Shown one piece after another: positions 28,875 through 39,128 of a DNA stretch of 64,000 bases (position 1 is its first letter; each line of letters starts with the position of its first letter). The notes below the pieces were generated by a model. It saw nothing but the letters and a program-made list of their open reading frames with translations, was not told the DNA's origin and did no database searches. This DNA comes from Candidatus Doudnabacteria bacterium (GTDB taxonomy: Bacteria; Patescibacteriota; Doudnabacteria; UBA920; O2-02-FULL-48-8), in the NCBI GenBank assembly GCA_016186915.1, contig JACPKU010000004.1:67168-131167 (forward strand), written 5' to 3'. The position numbers were made by a program, and so were the translations under genes.

Positions 28875-29342
28875 ATGTCAAACGATAATAAGCAAGCACA
28901 AGCAGAAGAATTGACCAACGAGGAGCTTTTAAATAACTGGAAGCGAGCGGCGGCGGATTTGGAGAATTTTAAGAAAAGAAAAGAGACAGAAGGCAAGGAA
29001 ATTTTGGAGTACGCGAAAGAAATGGTGGTGTTGCGGCTCATGCCTTCTTTGCAGAGCTTGGAGCAGGTCCTCTCCTTTGCTCCCAAGGATGAGAAGTATC
29101 AGAAATGGTTGGAAGGATTGCGAGCCACGATTAAGCAGCTGGAAAAGACCATGGAAGGACTGGGGGTAAAAAAGATTGCAACAGAAGGCCGGAAGTTTGA
29201 TCCCCATCAGCACGAAGCTGTGCAGGAAATTGAAGGGAAAGAAGAGGATATGATAGTTGATGAAGTACAGCCGGGATTTACCTTAAATAATAAAGTAATT
29301 ATCCCCGCTAAGGTCGTAGTAGGGAAAACAAGAAAGGAGTAA
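28875..29342 (+). CDS. grpE: Nucleotide exchange factor GrpE
   Basis: ...RAAADLENFKKRKE.E......A....V.RL.P..D.... is the GrpE pattern. 155 aa. Confidence 0.85.
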   Translation: MSNDNKQAQAEELTNEELLNNWKRAAADLENFKKRKETEGKEILEYAKEMVVLRLMPSLQSLEQVLSFAPKDEKYQKWLEGLRATIKQLEKTMEGLGVKKIATEGRKFDPHQHEAVQEIEGKEEDMIVDEVQPGFTLNNKVIIPAKVVVGKTRKE

Positions 29343-29346
29343 ACAT

Positions 29347-29760
29347 ATGACACATTTAGTAAGATGGACGCCATTTCGGGAATTGGATCGTTGGTTTGAG
29401 GATGACTTCTTCTCTCCCATGACCCGTATGTTCAGTCCAGCGGTCAATCTTTATGAGACTGACAATGAAGTCGTGGCCGAAGTAAGCATTCCCGGCATAG
29501 ATCCCAAAAAAGTGAACGTGGAAATTGAGAACAACGTGCTCCATATCCGAGGAGAAGAAACGGTTGAACAAGAAGACAAGGGCAAGGATTATTTCCGCAA
29601 GGAGATCCGGTCCGGCATGTTTGCCCGTTCTCTGCAGCTGCCGGAGGAAGTAGAAGCAGACAAAATTTCTGCGACTTCTGAAAAAGGCATCCTGAAGATC
29701 ATAATGCCGAAAAGCGAAAAAGCAAAACCTAAAAAGGTTGCGATAGAAGTTAAGGAATAA
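29347..29760 (+). CDS. Hsp20/alpha-crystallin small heat-shock protein
   Basis: ACD domain (V.LYETDNEVV..V.IPG....V.VE.EN.VL.I.GE...). 137 aa. Confidence 0.85.
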   Translation: MTHLVRWTPFRELDRWFEDDFFSPMTRMFSPAVNLYETDNEVVAEVSIPGIDPKKVNVEIENNVLHIRGEETVEQEDKGKDYFRKEIRSGMFARSLQLPEEVEADKISATSEKGILKIIMPKSEKAKPKKVAIEVKE

Positions 29761-29794
29761 AAAAACAGGCCGTGAGGGTGGTTAATTCACACCC

Positions 29795-30115
29795 TCACGG
29801 CAAGACAGCAGACCGTTTTGCCTCTTGGATATAAGGCAGGGTAAATCCTAGGGCAATCAGCTGCATACCCACATAGACGTACAAGGACAAAAGTCCTTGG
29901 CAGCTCCAGATCCACGGCTCTCCTTCTGCCAGCATCAGCCAATTAAGACTGAAGCAAAACAACGTGATTCCTGAAACCACCATGGCCATGCAAGTCACAG
30001 GCGGGAGCCGAGGCGCTTGCCGCACAGACCGAAGGTAGCAGATGATCAAGGTGAGGGCGAGGGCGAGGTTAAACAAAAAGGTTCTGCCGCCGAGCAGTTC
30101 AAGTATCAACAGCAT
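29795..30115 (-). CDS. Hypothetical small membrane protein
   Basis: Three predicted TM helices. Bidirectional hairpin at 29770-29802. Confidence 0.35.
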   Translation of the reverse strand: MLLILELLGGRTFLFNLALALTLIICYLRSVRQAPRLPPVTCMAMVVSGITLFCFSLNWLMLAEGEPWIWSCQGLLSLYVYVGMQLIALGFTLPYIQEAKRSAVLP

Positions 30116-30214
30116 GTCTCCCTCCTTATAGGTTAATCCTATTTTAGATTATTACTTAACTTAAGTCTATAAGATTATAGATTTAAGTTAATCAGTAATT
30201 AAAAGGATCAAAAT

Positions 30215-32038
30215 ATGGCAAAAATTATAGGTATTGATTTAGGCACTTCGAACAGTGCGGCGGCCGTGGTGGAGGCTGGCACTGCCATCATTATTCCCTC
30301 GGCAGAAGGGCAGACTGTGGCTGGCAAGGCTTTTCCGTCTTATGTAGCCTTTACTAAAGACGGCCAACTTTTGGTGGGCGAACCAGCCCGCAGGCAGGCG
30401 GTGACCAATCCTGATGGGACCGCGTTTGAATTCAAGCGCAAAATGGGCACGGCGGAAAAATATAAATTAAGTGGCAAAGAATACACGCCAGAACAGCTCT
30501 CTGCGTTCTTGCTGCAAAAAATTAAAAAAGATGCGGAAGCCTTTTTGGGCCAACCGATCAGTAAAGCCGTGATCACGGTGCCGGCTTATTTTGACGACAG
30601 CCAAAGACAGGCCACGAAAAATGCCGGCGAAATCGCGGGACTGGAAGTAGTGCGGGTAATCAATGAACCAACGGCCGCGGCCTTTGCCTATGGCATTGAC
30701 AAGAGCCATCAGGAACAAAAGATCCTAGTATTTGATTTGGGTGGCGGAACTTTGGACGTGACGATTATGGACTTTGGCGAAGCAGACGGCCAAGCGACTT
30801 TCGAAGTTTTGGCCACTTCGGGTGACACGAAGTTGGGGGGGAAGGATATGGATCAAGCGTTGATTGACTATGTCGTTTCGGAATTCAAGCGCGAATCCGG
30901 GGTGGATTTGAGTCAGGATAAAATGGCAATGAACCGGGTCCGCGAAGCAGTGGAGAAAGCCAAGATCGAGCTGTCCACCACTTTGGAAACCGATCTGAAC
31001 CTGCCGTTTATTTCTGCAGATCAGTCAGGCCCGAAGCACCTGAATATGAAAATTACCCGGTCCAAACTGGAAGAGCTGGTCAAGCCGGTGATTGAGAAAA
31101 TGAAGCAGCCAGTGGGGCAGGCTTTGGGTGATGCCAAACTCACAGCCAGTCAGATTGGCAAGATTATTTTAGTCGGCGGTCCGACTCGCATGCCAATTGT
31201 TCAGAAATTTGTCGAGGAATTTATCGGTAAGCAGGTGGAGCGCGGGATTGACCCGATGGAAGCAGTGGCTAAAGGGGCAGCCATCCAAGCCGGAGTGTTG
31301 TCGGGCGATGTTTCCGGCAAAGAGATTTTACTCTTGGACGTTACTCCTTTAACTTTAGGTATTGAAACTTTGGGGAGTGTGGCCACCCCGCTGATTGAGC
31401 GCAACACCACCATCCCAACCTCCAAATCCCAAGTGTTTTCTACGGCCGCTGATAACCAGACTTCTGTGGAGATCCACGTGGTGCAAGGAGAGCGTTCAAT
31501 GGTGGCAGATAATAAATCTCTGGGTCGTTTCCACCTCGATGGTGTCCCACCGGCTCCCCGAGGTGTACCGCAGATTGAGGTCACTTTCGATATCGACGCC
31601 AATGGGATTTTGAAAGTCACGGCCAAAGACAAAGCTTCGGGCAAATCCCAAAATATTACCATCACTGGGTCCAGCAATTTATCCAAAGAAGAAGTGGAGA
31701 GGATGAAGAAGGAAGCAGAAGCACACGCGCAAGAAGACAGGAAAAACAAGGAAGTGGTGGATACCAGAAACCAAGCGGATACTTTGATTGCGGTGAGTGA
31801 GCGGACTTTGAAAGATGCCGGTGAGAAAGTCCAGGACGTGGATAAAAAGAACGTCACTGAAAAGATTGAGGCCTTGAAGACGGTCAAAGACAAGCCGGAA
31901 TTAGAGCCGATTAAAAAGGCGATGGATGAGCTGTCCCAAGCCATTCAGAAGGTCGGGGCGGCGATGTATGAAAATCAGAAAACAGAGAAAGGGCCCGTGG
32001 ACGCGGAGTTCAAAGACGTCAAAGAAGAAAAGAAATAA
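30215..32038 (+). CDS. dnaK: Chaperone DnaK (Hsp70)
   Basis: [18 protein letters not shown], the substrate-binding domain and the lid all conserved. Confidence 0.9.
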   Translation: MAKIIGIDLGTSNSAAAVVEAGTAIIIPSAEGQTVAGKAFPSYVAFTKDGQLLVGEPARRQAVTNPDGTAFEFKRKMGTAEKYKLSGKEYTPEQLSAFLLQKIKKDAEAFLGQPISKAVITVPAYFDDSQRQATKNAGEIAGLEVVRVINEPTAAAFAYGIDKSHQEQKILVFDLGGGTLDVTIMDFGEADGQATFEVLATSGDTKLGGKDMDQALIDYVVSEFKRESGVDLSQDKMAMNRVREAVEKAKIELSTTLETDLNLPFISADQSGPKHLNMKITRSKLEELVKPVIEKMKQPVGQALGDAKLTASQIGKIILVGGPTRMPIVQKFVEEFIGKQVERGIDPMEAVAKGAAIQAGVLSGDVSGKEILLLDVTPLTLGIETLGSVATPLIERNTTIPTSKSQVFSTAADNQTSVEIHVVQGERSMVADNKSLGRFHLDGVPPAPRGVPQIEVTFDIDANGILKVTAKDKASGKSQNITITGSSNLSKEEVERMKKEAEAHAQEDRKNKEVVDTRNQADTLIAVSERTLKDAGEKVQDVDKKNVTEKIEALKTVKDKPELEPIKKAMDELSQAIQKVGAAMYENQKTEKGPVDAEFKDVKEEKK

Positions 32039-32153
32039 TTAACGCGATCCGAATATACAAATAAGCATCCGAATGATCCGAATTTAAGAGTTAGTCTATT
32101 CGTGGCATTCGTGTGTCCCATTCGTAATTTCGTCTCGCTATAAACTAAAGCTT

Positions 32154-32450
32154 ATGCCAAGTAATCAAAACATCAATGTCAAAATTCCCGACGACGTGCT
32201 GAAAGGGAGTTACGCCAACAATATGCTGGTGTCGCACAGCAAAGAGGAATTTATCATAGATTTCATTAATGTGTCTATGTTTCCGCCTCCAGGGCAAGGC
32301 ATTGCCACGGCCAAGATCATCACCAGTCCGGGGCACATGAAGAGGATTGTCTCAGCACTGACAGAAAATCTCAAAAAATACGAAGATCAGTTCGGCAAGA
32401 TTGAACAAGCCCAAGCCCCAGGCAGTTCAGAGATGGGTTTTAGGACATAA
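32154..32450 (+). CDS. DUF3467-family protein
   Basis: ...P..L.GSYAN...V.HS..EF..DF.... Confidence 0.6.
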   Translation: MPSNQNINVKIPDDVLKGSYANNMLVSHSKEEFIIDFINVSMFPPPGQGIATAKIITSPGHMKRIVSALTENLKKYEDQFGKIEQAQAPGSSEMGFRT

Positions 32451-32459
32451 AAAAGACTA

Positions 32460-33425
32460 ATGACAGAAAAGAACCAACACAGAATTTTTCCCGAGGGTTG
32501 GAATTTGCCTTATTCCAATCCTGCGTACACAGTTAAAATTATCAGTCTGGCTATAGCCACGACTGTGTTACTGACGCTAGACTGGTGGCTGATTAATCTG
32601 GCCTTAAACACCAATCAGGCTTTGGATTTTTGGATCTGGCCAGTAGCGGTCACCATGCTTTGGATTATTGCCTTGAGTTTTTTCTCTCTGACTAATCGTA
32701 ATCGGCCATTGTATGCGCTGGTAAACCTCATCCCCTTTCTCGCCTATTTGTTCATCATGCCCAATGATCTTTTGGTGATCGCGGGCGGTGCTCTGTTCAT
32801 TCCTTTGGCAATGTGGTTTCAAGCCAGAATCCGTACGGAAGAGAAAAACTACCTACATTTTTCCATTGTCAGGATCCTCAACAGTGGCATCGGGATTATG
32901 ATTTACGCCTTGCTGATTGTCTTGGGGTTCAATATTTATTTCACCACTAACCAGGATTTTAAAAATAACCCAGATGCTTATTACGATCGGTTAGGCGCTT
33001 CTGCTTTGAAAAGCATCCGTTTGGGGTCTGGCTTGGCAGAGGACGATGGTCAATTCGATTTAAATCAAACCCTGGATGACTATTTGGCTAGACAAATAAA
33101 CTCTCAGGATTTGAAACAGTTTGATTTAAGCCAGGCCAGAGAGGAGATTTTGCGCAATCTAAATGTTTCCGCTGTCGGCAGTGAAACGTTGGCAGAGGTA
33201 TTAAGTAAGGTGGTCGTTGATCAAATGAAAGAACTAGTATCTAAGTATGACAAATTTTTTCCTTTAATCTTTACTTTGATTGTCATTGCTCTGCTTCGTA
33301 TGTTTGCCTTTTTGTTCAAATGGACAAGTTTGTTGGTCATGTGGCTTTTATATAAAGTTCTGTTAGGATTTGGTTTTTTAAAACTCACTAAAGTTGTAGT
33401 GGAAGTGGAGCAATTGGAAATTTAA
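32460..33425 (+). CDS. Hypothetical multi-pass membrane protein
   Basis: Several hydrophobic helices. No known motif. Confidence 0.45.
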   Translation: MTEKNQHRIFPEGWNLPYSNPAYTVKIISLAIATTVLLTLDWWLINLALNTNQALDFWIWPVAVTMLWIIALSFFSLTNRNRPLYALVNLIPFLAYLFIMPNDLLVIAGGALFIPLAMWFQARIRTEEKNYLHFSIVRILNSGIGIMIYALLIVLGFNIYFTTNQDFKNNPDAYYDRLGASALKSIRLGSGLAEDDGQFDLNQTLDDYLARQINSQDLKQFDLSQAREEILRNLNVSAVGSETLAEVLSKVVVDQMKELVSKYDKFFPLIFTLIVIALLRMFAFLFKWTSLLVMWLLYKVLLGFGFLKLTKVVVEVEQLEI

Positions 33426-33428
33426 TTT

Positions 33429-34613
33429 ATGGCTGAGGACTATTATTCAATTTTGGGTGTTGCCAAAACCGCAACCGCAGAAGAGATTAAGAAAGCTTAC
33501 AGAAAATTGGCACACAAGCATCATCCGGACAAAGGTCAAGGCGGGGATCCTGAAAAATTCAAACAGGCCAGTGAAGCTTATCAGGTTTTATCCAACGCAG
33601 AGACGCGGGGCCAGTATGACCAGTTTGGCACGACTTTCGAACAGGCTCGCAGGCAAGGTTACGGTGGTTTTTCCGCCAAAGGCGGACCAGCCTCTGGCTG
33701 GGATTTTTCTGATTTTATGCGCGGCTTCGATTTTGGCGATTTTTCCGCCGGAGGCGGATCCGCCTTTGGCGGAGAAGATGCCTTTGATATTTTTTCCGGG
33801 ATTTTTGGCGGCCAAGCTACGGGCAGACGACCGCGCAGAGCGCGGGGCGTGGATCTGGAGATGGAGCTGGATATTACTTTTGACGAGGCAGTATTTGGCG
33901 TGGCAAAAAAGATTAAGCTTGAAAAAAAAGACAAATGCTCCGCTTGCGAAGGGTCTGGAGCAAGGCCTGGGAGCAAGATTGTTACTTGTGCCAGATGTCA
34001 CGGCACCGGACAAATCCGAACGCATCGTCGAACAATTCTTGGACAAATTGCCCAAGTCAGTGTATGTGACCAATGCGATGGCAGCGGCAAGGTGGCCGAA
34101 GAAGCATGTCAGGAGTGTGACGGGAGCGGCATAGTCAGAAAAGAGAAAACACTGGAGGTGAAAATTCCGGCTGGGGTGGATAATGGTACCAGAATCAGAA
34201 TCAGCAACGAGGGCGAGGCTGGATACAAAGGGTCAAGTCCCGGCGATTTGTATTTACGGCTTAATGTGGCGCCGCATCCGGAATTCAAACGGGAAGGCCA
34301 AGATATCTATTTGGAAATTCCCATCAGTTTTTACCAGGCCGCGCTTGGCACCACCATTGAGGTGCCAACCATTGATGGCAGAGTTAGTTTGAAGATCCCG
34401 GCCGGCACGCAATCCGGCAAGGTTTTCCGGCTGAAAAATAAAGGAGTGGTAAAAGTGAACGGGTCTTCTCGCGGCGAGCAATATGTAACGGCCAATGTCG
34501 TTACCCCGGCCAAGCTTACCAAGAAAGAAAAAGAATTGTTCAAACAACTGGCAGAAGAAAACGGCGAGACTGTCGACGTGGATGAGAGTCTCTGGTCTAA
34601 ATTCACAAGCTAA
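33429..34613 (+). CDS. dnaJ: Chaperone DnaJ
   Basis: J domain (HPD: KHHPDK), G/F region, four CxxCxGxG zinc-finger repeats, C-terminal substrate-binding domain. G/F region contains two copies of the 28-bp palindromic element. Confidence 0.85.
   Translation: MAEDYYSILGVAKTATAEEIKKAYRKLAHKHHPDKGQGGDPEKFKQASEAYQVLSNAETRGQYDQFGTTFEQARRQGYGGFSAKGGPASGWDFSDFMRGFDFGDFSAGGGSAFGGEDAFDIFSGIFGGQATGRRPRRARGVDLEMELDITFDEAVFGVAKKIKLEKKDKCSACEGSGARPGSKIVTCARCHGTGQIRTHRRTILGQIAQVSVCDQCDGSGKVAEEACQECDGSGIVRKEKTLEVKIPAGVDNGTRIRISNEGEAGYKGSSPGDLYLRLNVAPHPEFKREGQDIYLEIPISFYQAALGTTIEVPTIDGRVSLKIPAGTQSGKVFRLKNKGVVKVNGSSRGEQYVTANVVTPAKLTKKEKELFKQLAEENGETVDVDESLWSKFTS
33673..33701. repeat. 28-bp palindromic element (degenerate copy) in frame in dnaJ
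   Basis: ccgccaaaggcggaccagcctctggctgg. Confidence 0.6.
33744..33771. repeat. 28-bp palindromic element in frame in dnaJ
   Basis: ccgccggaggcggatccgcctttggcgg encodes [11 protein letters not shown]. Confidence 0.8.
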
Positions 34614-34738
34614 ACGTATGTTCTCCCTCTGGCCCGATTTGGGATCTAAATTTTTAGTTGAGCATTTTCAGCGATCGCTGATTTTATTCAATATGATGTT
34701 ATCAGGTAAAAAAAGAGACCTGAGGTCGCAAGGCATCC

Positions 34739-35104
34739 TCAGGCTTGAGCAGGTACATTTGTGTGCACTTCATACGTTTCCTCTGTCGGTGCTGGGCCTG
34801 CAAGTTGCGTGACCAACTCTCCGACACTTATTCCCGGCCTTATCAGGACGGGTTGCGCTTTCCCTTGGAAGGTTACGATCAGGAAACGGTAAGTGCCAGT
34901 GCCGATTGAGCGACCGAGTTGGCCGAGGTCAGTTAGCGTCTCGTTGAGAGTAAGCGCCGAAGGAAGGTGAGCGAGCACTGCCTCTAAGGCAGCTCGCGCT
35001 CCTTCTCGATCAGCCAGTCTTTGCAGCTTGGCTTGTTCCCTGAATATGTCGATAGGCCGCCGACCGTCTGGGCCAGGCAGGTAGAGGTCCGAGTAGTGAG
35101 GCAT
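34739..35104 (-). CDS. Small GC-rich hypothetical protein
   Basis: About 60% GC. Perfect SD (aggaggaaacATG). Lies on the 3' side of tRNA-Lys. Confidence 0.4.
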   Translation of the reverse strand: MPHYSDLYLPGPDGRRPIDIFREQAKLQRLADREGARAALEAVLAHLPSALTLNETLTDLGQLGRSIGTGTYRFLIVTFQGKAQPVLIRPGISVGELVTQLAGPAPTEETYEVHTNVPAQA

Positions 35105-35244
35105 GTTTCCTCCTTCAAACAGAAAACCGAGTTATCCGACTCGGTTCGAATCTTTAGTCAGTTTGTTCAGTTGTCGTAATTCATGCTGCATTTTGGTTAA
35201 TATTATTATTCTGTTTGGTGTTTGTCAAATTCGGTTTTCGAAAA

Positions 35245-35270
35245 ATAAAAAACAGCGTAAGCTGTTTTTT
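35245..35270. terminator. Bidirectional terminator hairpin (aaaaaacagcgtaagctgtttttt)
   Basis: Perfect stem flanked by A- and T-runs. Confidence 0.55.
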
Positions 35271-35274
35271 ATTT

Positions 35275-35351
35275 TGGTGGGTGCAGCAGGATTCGAACCT
35301 GCGACCCTCTGCTTAAAAGGCAGGTGCTCTACCAGGCTGAGCTATGCACCC
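35275..35351 (-). tRNA. tRNA-Lys (anticodon TTT), 77 nt
   Basis: Manual fold: GGGTGCA-TA-GCTC-AGCCTGGTA-GAGC-A-CCTGC-CTTTTAA-GCAGG-AGGGTC-GCAGG-TTCGAAT-CCTGC-TGCACCC-A-CCA. Confidence 0.8.
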
Positions 35352-35586
35352 TAAATTATTATGGCTTGTTTATTATATATATTTTTTTGCTAACTTTCAA
35401 GAGAAAAAGAAAAGGCCATAGCGGAATGGAGATTCAGGGATTGAACCGTGATAGCACTATAGGTGCATGACGTACCAATTGGGACTTTTATTAAAGATGA
35501 CCTTGGAACAATGCTATTCCTAATCGCCAAATCCGCCTTTGTGAGCTTGGGCGGACAAGAGGGCGATTTTTTGGTATGATGGAGTT

Positions 35587-36459
35587 ATGTTAGAGCCTAA
35601 ATTGATTCAAATTAAAACCCAAGACAAGTTGATTCTGCCCGGGCTTCTGTTCGAAGCCAAGAAATCCCAAAAAATAGCTATCCACCTTCATGGCAATGGC
35701 AGTAGTTCAGTTTTTTATCATGATGATATCCGCCCAGAGAAGGCGGAGGCATTAGTAAGGAATGGGATTTCATTTTTTCAATTTAACAACCGAGGAGCGA
35801 ATTATATCAAAAAACTCAATTCGGCGCGTTTCGGCATGGCTTATGAAAAAATAAAAGAATGCATTCATGATATTGAAGCCGTGCTTGGAGCATTCAAAAG
35901 ATCCGGTTATAAAGAATTTTATCTCATCGGCGAATCAACTGGAGCCAATAAGATTTGTGTTTACGATTTTTATCGGACAAAAAATTTTGTTTCTAAATAT
36001 GTGCTTTTGGGCGGTGGCGATGATGTAGGAATTTATTATGACTTACTTAAGAAAAAGAAATTCAGCCGTTTATTAAGTGAAGCCAAGAAGAAAATCAGAG
36101 CAAGAAAAGGAGCAGAGATTATTTTAGAGCTTCTTCCAGATATAGTTTTTTCCTATCAAGGCTTTTACGACATCGCCAATCCTGATGGAGATTATAATAT
36201 ATTTCCTTTTTATGAGGTGATCAGAAAAGTTAAATTATCTAAGAAGCCCTTGTTCCGTCACTTCAAAGCTTTGAAAAAGTCGACCTTGGTGGTTTATGGC
36301 AGTGAAGACAAATACAATTGGGGAGATACATCCAGAGTCGTCCAAATTTTAAAAGAGCAAAGGCCTGATTTGGACTATAATATTATTAAAGGCGCGGACC
36401 ATAGTTTTTCTAAGCATCAAATTAAACTTTCTAAAATGATAGCAAAATTTTTGAGATGA
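35587..36459 (+). CDS. Alpha/beta-hydrolase-fold protein
   Basis: GESTG nucleophile elbow (GxSxG). Length and spacing typical of an esterase. Confidence 0.5.
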   Translation: MLEPKLIQIKTQDKLILPGLLFEAKKSQKIAIHLHGNGSSSVFYHDDIRPEKAEALVRNGISFFQFNNRGANYIKKLNSARFGMAYEKIKECIHDIEAVLGAFKRSGYKEFYLIGESTGANKICVYDFYRTKNFVSKYVLLGGGDDVGIYYDLLKKKKFSRLLSEAKKKIRARKGAEIILELLPDIVFSYQGFYDIANPDGDYNIFPFYEVIRKVKLSKKPLFRHFKALKKSTLVVYGSEDKYNWGDTSRVVQILKEQRPDLDYNIIKGADHSFSKHQIKLSKMIAKFLR

Positions 36460-36923
36460 GGATTTTGAGTGAGACGAGGAGAGAAGAATTGGTGAAACAG
36501 TTCGGCAGCCACCGAGATTTTAAGTATTTTGGCAAGTCTTACAAACACTGTTATTTGGCGGCTTTGACTAAAGAAGAATACGAAAATTTGGGTATGAATT
36601 CTTCCCCGGAAAATCCTTTTCCAGAAAAAGGGTATTTTCCGAAAATGAAGGAAAGTGTGGCGCAGTTTCTGCAGCATCCCAAATATCTGGAAAAGTCTCA
36701 TCCGGATCGCGGCATCAGCGGCATCACGGTTAAAAGATATTTGCAAGAATTTCAAAAGGGATTAAAGCTTCGAGATTGTTTTATCACTGACGATGTGCCA
36801 GCCAACGCTTATTATATTTGCGAAGGCATGCACCGACTGACTGCTTATGGAGTGTTTAAGGAGTTGGATATAAAGGATTACGATGTGCAAGTTTATTATC
36901 ATACTAATAAAAATTTTAATTAA
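36456..36923 (+). CDS. Hypothetical protein
   Basis: ORF. No motif recognised. Confidence 0.35.
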   Translation: MRILSETRREELVKQFGSHRDFKYFGKSYKHCYLAALTKEEYENLGMNSSPENPFPEKGYFPKMKESVAQFLQHPKYLEKSHPDRGISGITVKRYLQEFQKGLKLRDCFITDDVPANAYYICEGMHRLTAYGVFKELDIKDYDVQVYYHTNKNFN

Positions 36924-37020
36924 GCAAGACAACTACCCACCTATCGCTCAATAGTTGTCTAACAGAACCTTGACTGGTTGTCTGTTTAATGATACATTAG
37001 GCTGCTTAATACCACCATCT

Positions 37021-37740
37021 ATGAAAATTGTGGAACTCAATCAACTAAATAAGATTTACAATCCCGGCAAAGAGAATGAGCTGGTGGCTTTGAAAGACAT
37101 CAACCTGACCATTTGGGAAGGTGATTTCGTGGCTATTATGGGGCCTTCGGGCAGCGGCAAATCCACGCTCATGAATATTATCGGGCTGCTGGATTTGCCC
37201 ACCCAGGGTGAATATTTATTCAAAGGGCAAAAGGTTCAGGAGTTAAAACAAGAGGAGTTAGCCCGGCTGCGCTCGGACGAATTGGGCTTTGTATTTCAAA
37301 ATTTTAATTTACTGTCCAGAACCACGGTCTTTGAAAACGTCAGTTTGCCGCTTCTTTACAACCAAGCCAAATCCAACGAAGACGTGGGCCGGGTACTTAC
37401 TGAAGTGGGGTTGGCGGATAAAATAGCCAGCAAACCTAACCAACTTTCCGGCGGGCAAATGCAGCGCGTGGCCATCGCCCGAGCCTTGATCAATCGCCCC
37501 AGTCTGATCTTAGCTGATGAACCCACTGGCAATTTGGACTCCAAAACGGGTTTGGAGATTATGCGACTACTTTCCGAATTTAACGAACAGGGGCAAACCG
37601 TGATTATGGTGACGCATGACCGCAACATTGCCAATTTCGCGCACCGCATTATTCATTTGACTGACGGACAGATTGTCCGGGAGGAACAGCGCATCCACAT
37701 CAATTTCCACAAGCACTACGTTTCTTATGAATCCCGTTAG
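37021..37740 (+). CDS. ABC transporter ATP-binding protein (MacB/LolD/FtsE-like)
   Basis: Walker [25 protein letters not shown] signature, Walker [12 protein letters not shown]. Start at ATG 37021. Confidence 0.8.
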   Translation: MKIVELNQLNKIYNPGKENELVALKDINLTIWEGDFVAIMGPSGSGKSTLMNIIGLLDLPTQGEYLFKGQKVQELKQEELARLRSDELGFVFQNFNLLSRTTVFENVSLPLLYNQAKSNEDVGRVLTEVGLADKIASKPNQLSGGQMQRVAIARALINRPSLILADEPTGNLDSKTGLEIMRLLSEFNEQGQTVIMVTHDRNIANFAHRIIHLTDGQIVREEQRIHINFHKHYVSYESR

Positions 37741-37847
37741 AAATAGATATACCCCTGGTTTTAACAATGCCAATATGCAAAAAGACTTAGTTAAAATTAA
37801 TCGCCTCTTGCTTTATTTCTGTTTGGGCGCAAGCAATTTCTAACGGG

Positions 37848-39059
37848 ATGAACCCTCAAGACTATCTTAAATTAGCGGCCACGAGCTTGCTGACCAATAA
37901 AATCCGTTCCAGCTTGACCATGTTGGGCGTGATTATCGGCGTGTTTTCGGTCATCACTTTTTTAGCCATTGGCGAAGGGTTGCGCGCGGAAATTTCCGGC
38001 CAGTTTGAGCAGCTGGGCAGCAATTTGCTGATTGTGCTGCCGGGCAAAGTGGAAGGCCTTGAATCTTTCACCGGCACGATTGGCGCCTCCACTTTGAGTT
38101 TAAAAGACTTGGAGACCATCAAAACGCAAAGTCCTTTGACCGAGTCCGCCTCGCCCGTGATGTTAGTATCCGGCGTGATTACGGTCGCGGGCGAAACTGT
38201 CACTGGCCCGTTTGTGGTGGGCACAGATGAAGCGCAGGATGATATCCAGAAAATGGAGCTGGCCGCCGGCAGTTTTTTTTCAGCCGCGCAAGTAGCAAAC
38301 CAAGCCCGAGTCATGGTGTTAGGCCATAACGCGGAAACCCGGATGTTTGGTGAAACCAATAATGTCGTGGGCAGACGAGTGAGCATCTTGGGCCAAGAAT
38401 TTGAAATTATCGGCTTGGTGAAAAAATCAGAAAGCGCGTTCACTTTCGGGGACTCGTTTGATAATTTAGTGTATATCCCTATCACTACGGCCCAAACCCT
38501 TACCAATTCCGCCCAAGTGGCCCGGATCATGGTAAAAGTCCGGGATCCGGAAAAAGTGGATGAGGCGAGGGAGGAACTTACCAAGCTGGTGCGGTTAAAC
38601 CATGGCGGTTCCGATGATTTCACCGTGCTCAAACAGGAAGAAGTCTTGGAGATCTTTAATGATGTGTTTGGTCAGCTGACGCTGGCTGTTTCCGGCATTG
38701 GCGCTATCTCATTGTTTGTCGCCGGCATTGGCATTATGAATATTATGTTTGTGTCCGTGACCGAACGGACGCGCGAGATTGGCCTGCGGAAAGCGGTGGG
38801 TGCGACCAACAACAATATCTTGATGCAATTTTTGGCTGAAGCCTCCCTGTTGTCTTTATTGGGCGGAGGTTTGGGCGTGTTGTTGGCTTTTATTTTGACC
38901 GTGATTTTGAAAAGCAGTGTGGGGTTGCCGGCGACAGTGACTTGGCAAGCCGTGTTGTTGGCGGCGGGGATTTCCATTGCCGTGGGGGTCATCTTCGGCA
39001 TCGTGCCAGCCATTCGGGCCGCCAGAAAAAACCCGATCGACGCGCTGCGTTATGAGTAA
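37848..39059 (+). CDS. ABC transporter permease (FtsX/MacB family)
   Basis: N-terminal TM, large periplasmic domain, C-terminal four-TM FtsX-like region. Confidence 0.8.
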   Translation: MNPQDYLKLAATSLLTNKIRSSLTMLGVIIGVFSVITFLAIGEGLRAEISGQFEQLGSNLLIVLPGKVEGLESFTGTIGASTLSLKDLETIKTQSPLTESASPVMLVSGVITVAGETVTGPFVVGTDEAQDDIQKMELAAGSFFSAAQVANQARVMVLGHNAETRMFGETNNVVGRRVSILGQEFEIIGLVKKSESAFTFGDSFDNLVYIPITTAQTLTNSAQVARIMVKVRDPEKVDEAREELTKLVRLNHGGSDDFTVLKQEEVLEIFNDVFGQLTLAVSGIGAISLFVAGIGIMNIMFVSVTERTREIGLRKAVGATNNNILMQFLAEASLLSLLGGGLGVLLAFILTVILKSSVGLPATVTWQAVLLAAGISIAVGVIFGIVPAIRAARKNPIDALRYE

Positions 39060-39128
39060 TTCAAAATGCAAAAGTCAAAAGGCAAAATGACAAAGTAAAA
39101 TTTAAAATTACGCTCTTTGCATTTGTAA

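Noticed and set aside
33457-34134. Alternative-frame ORFs overlapping dnaJ (33457-34134 plus strand, 33588-34073 and 33659-33976 minus strand) containing GGSASGG-like peptides
   Set aside because: dnaJ in frame 33429 has a complete J-domain, zinc fingers and C-terminal domain. The others are reading-frame shadows created by the palindromic element and the GC-rich G/F region.
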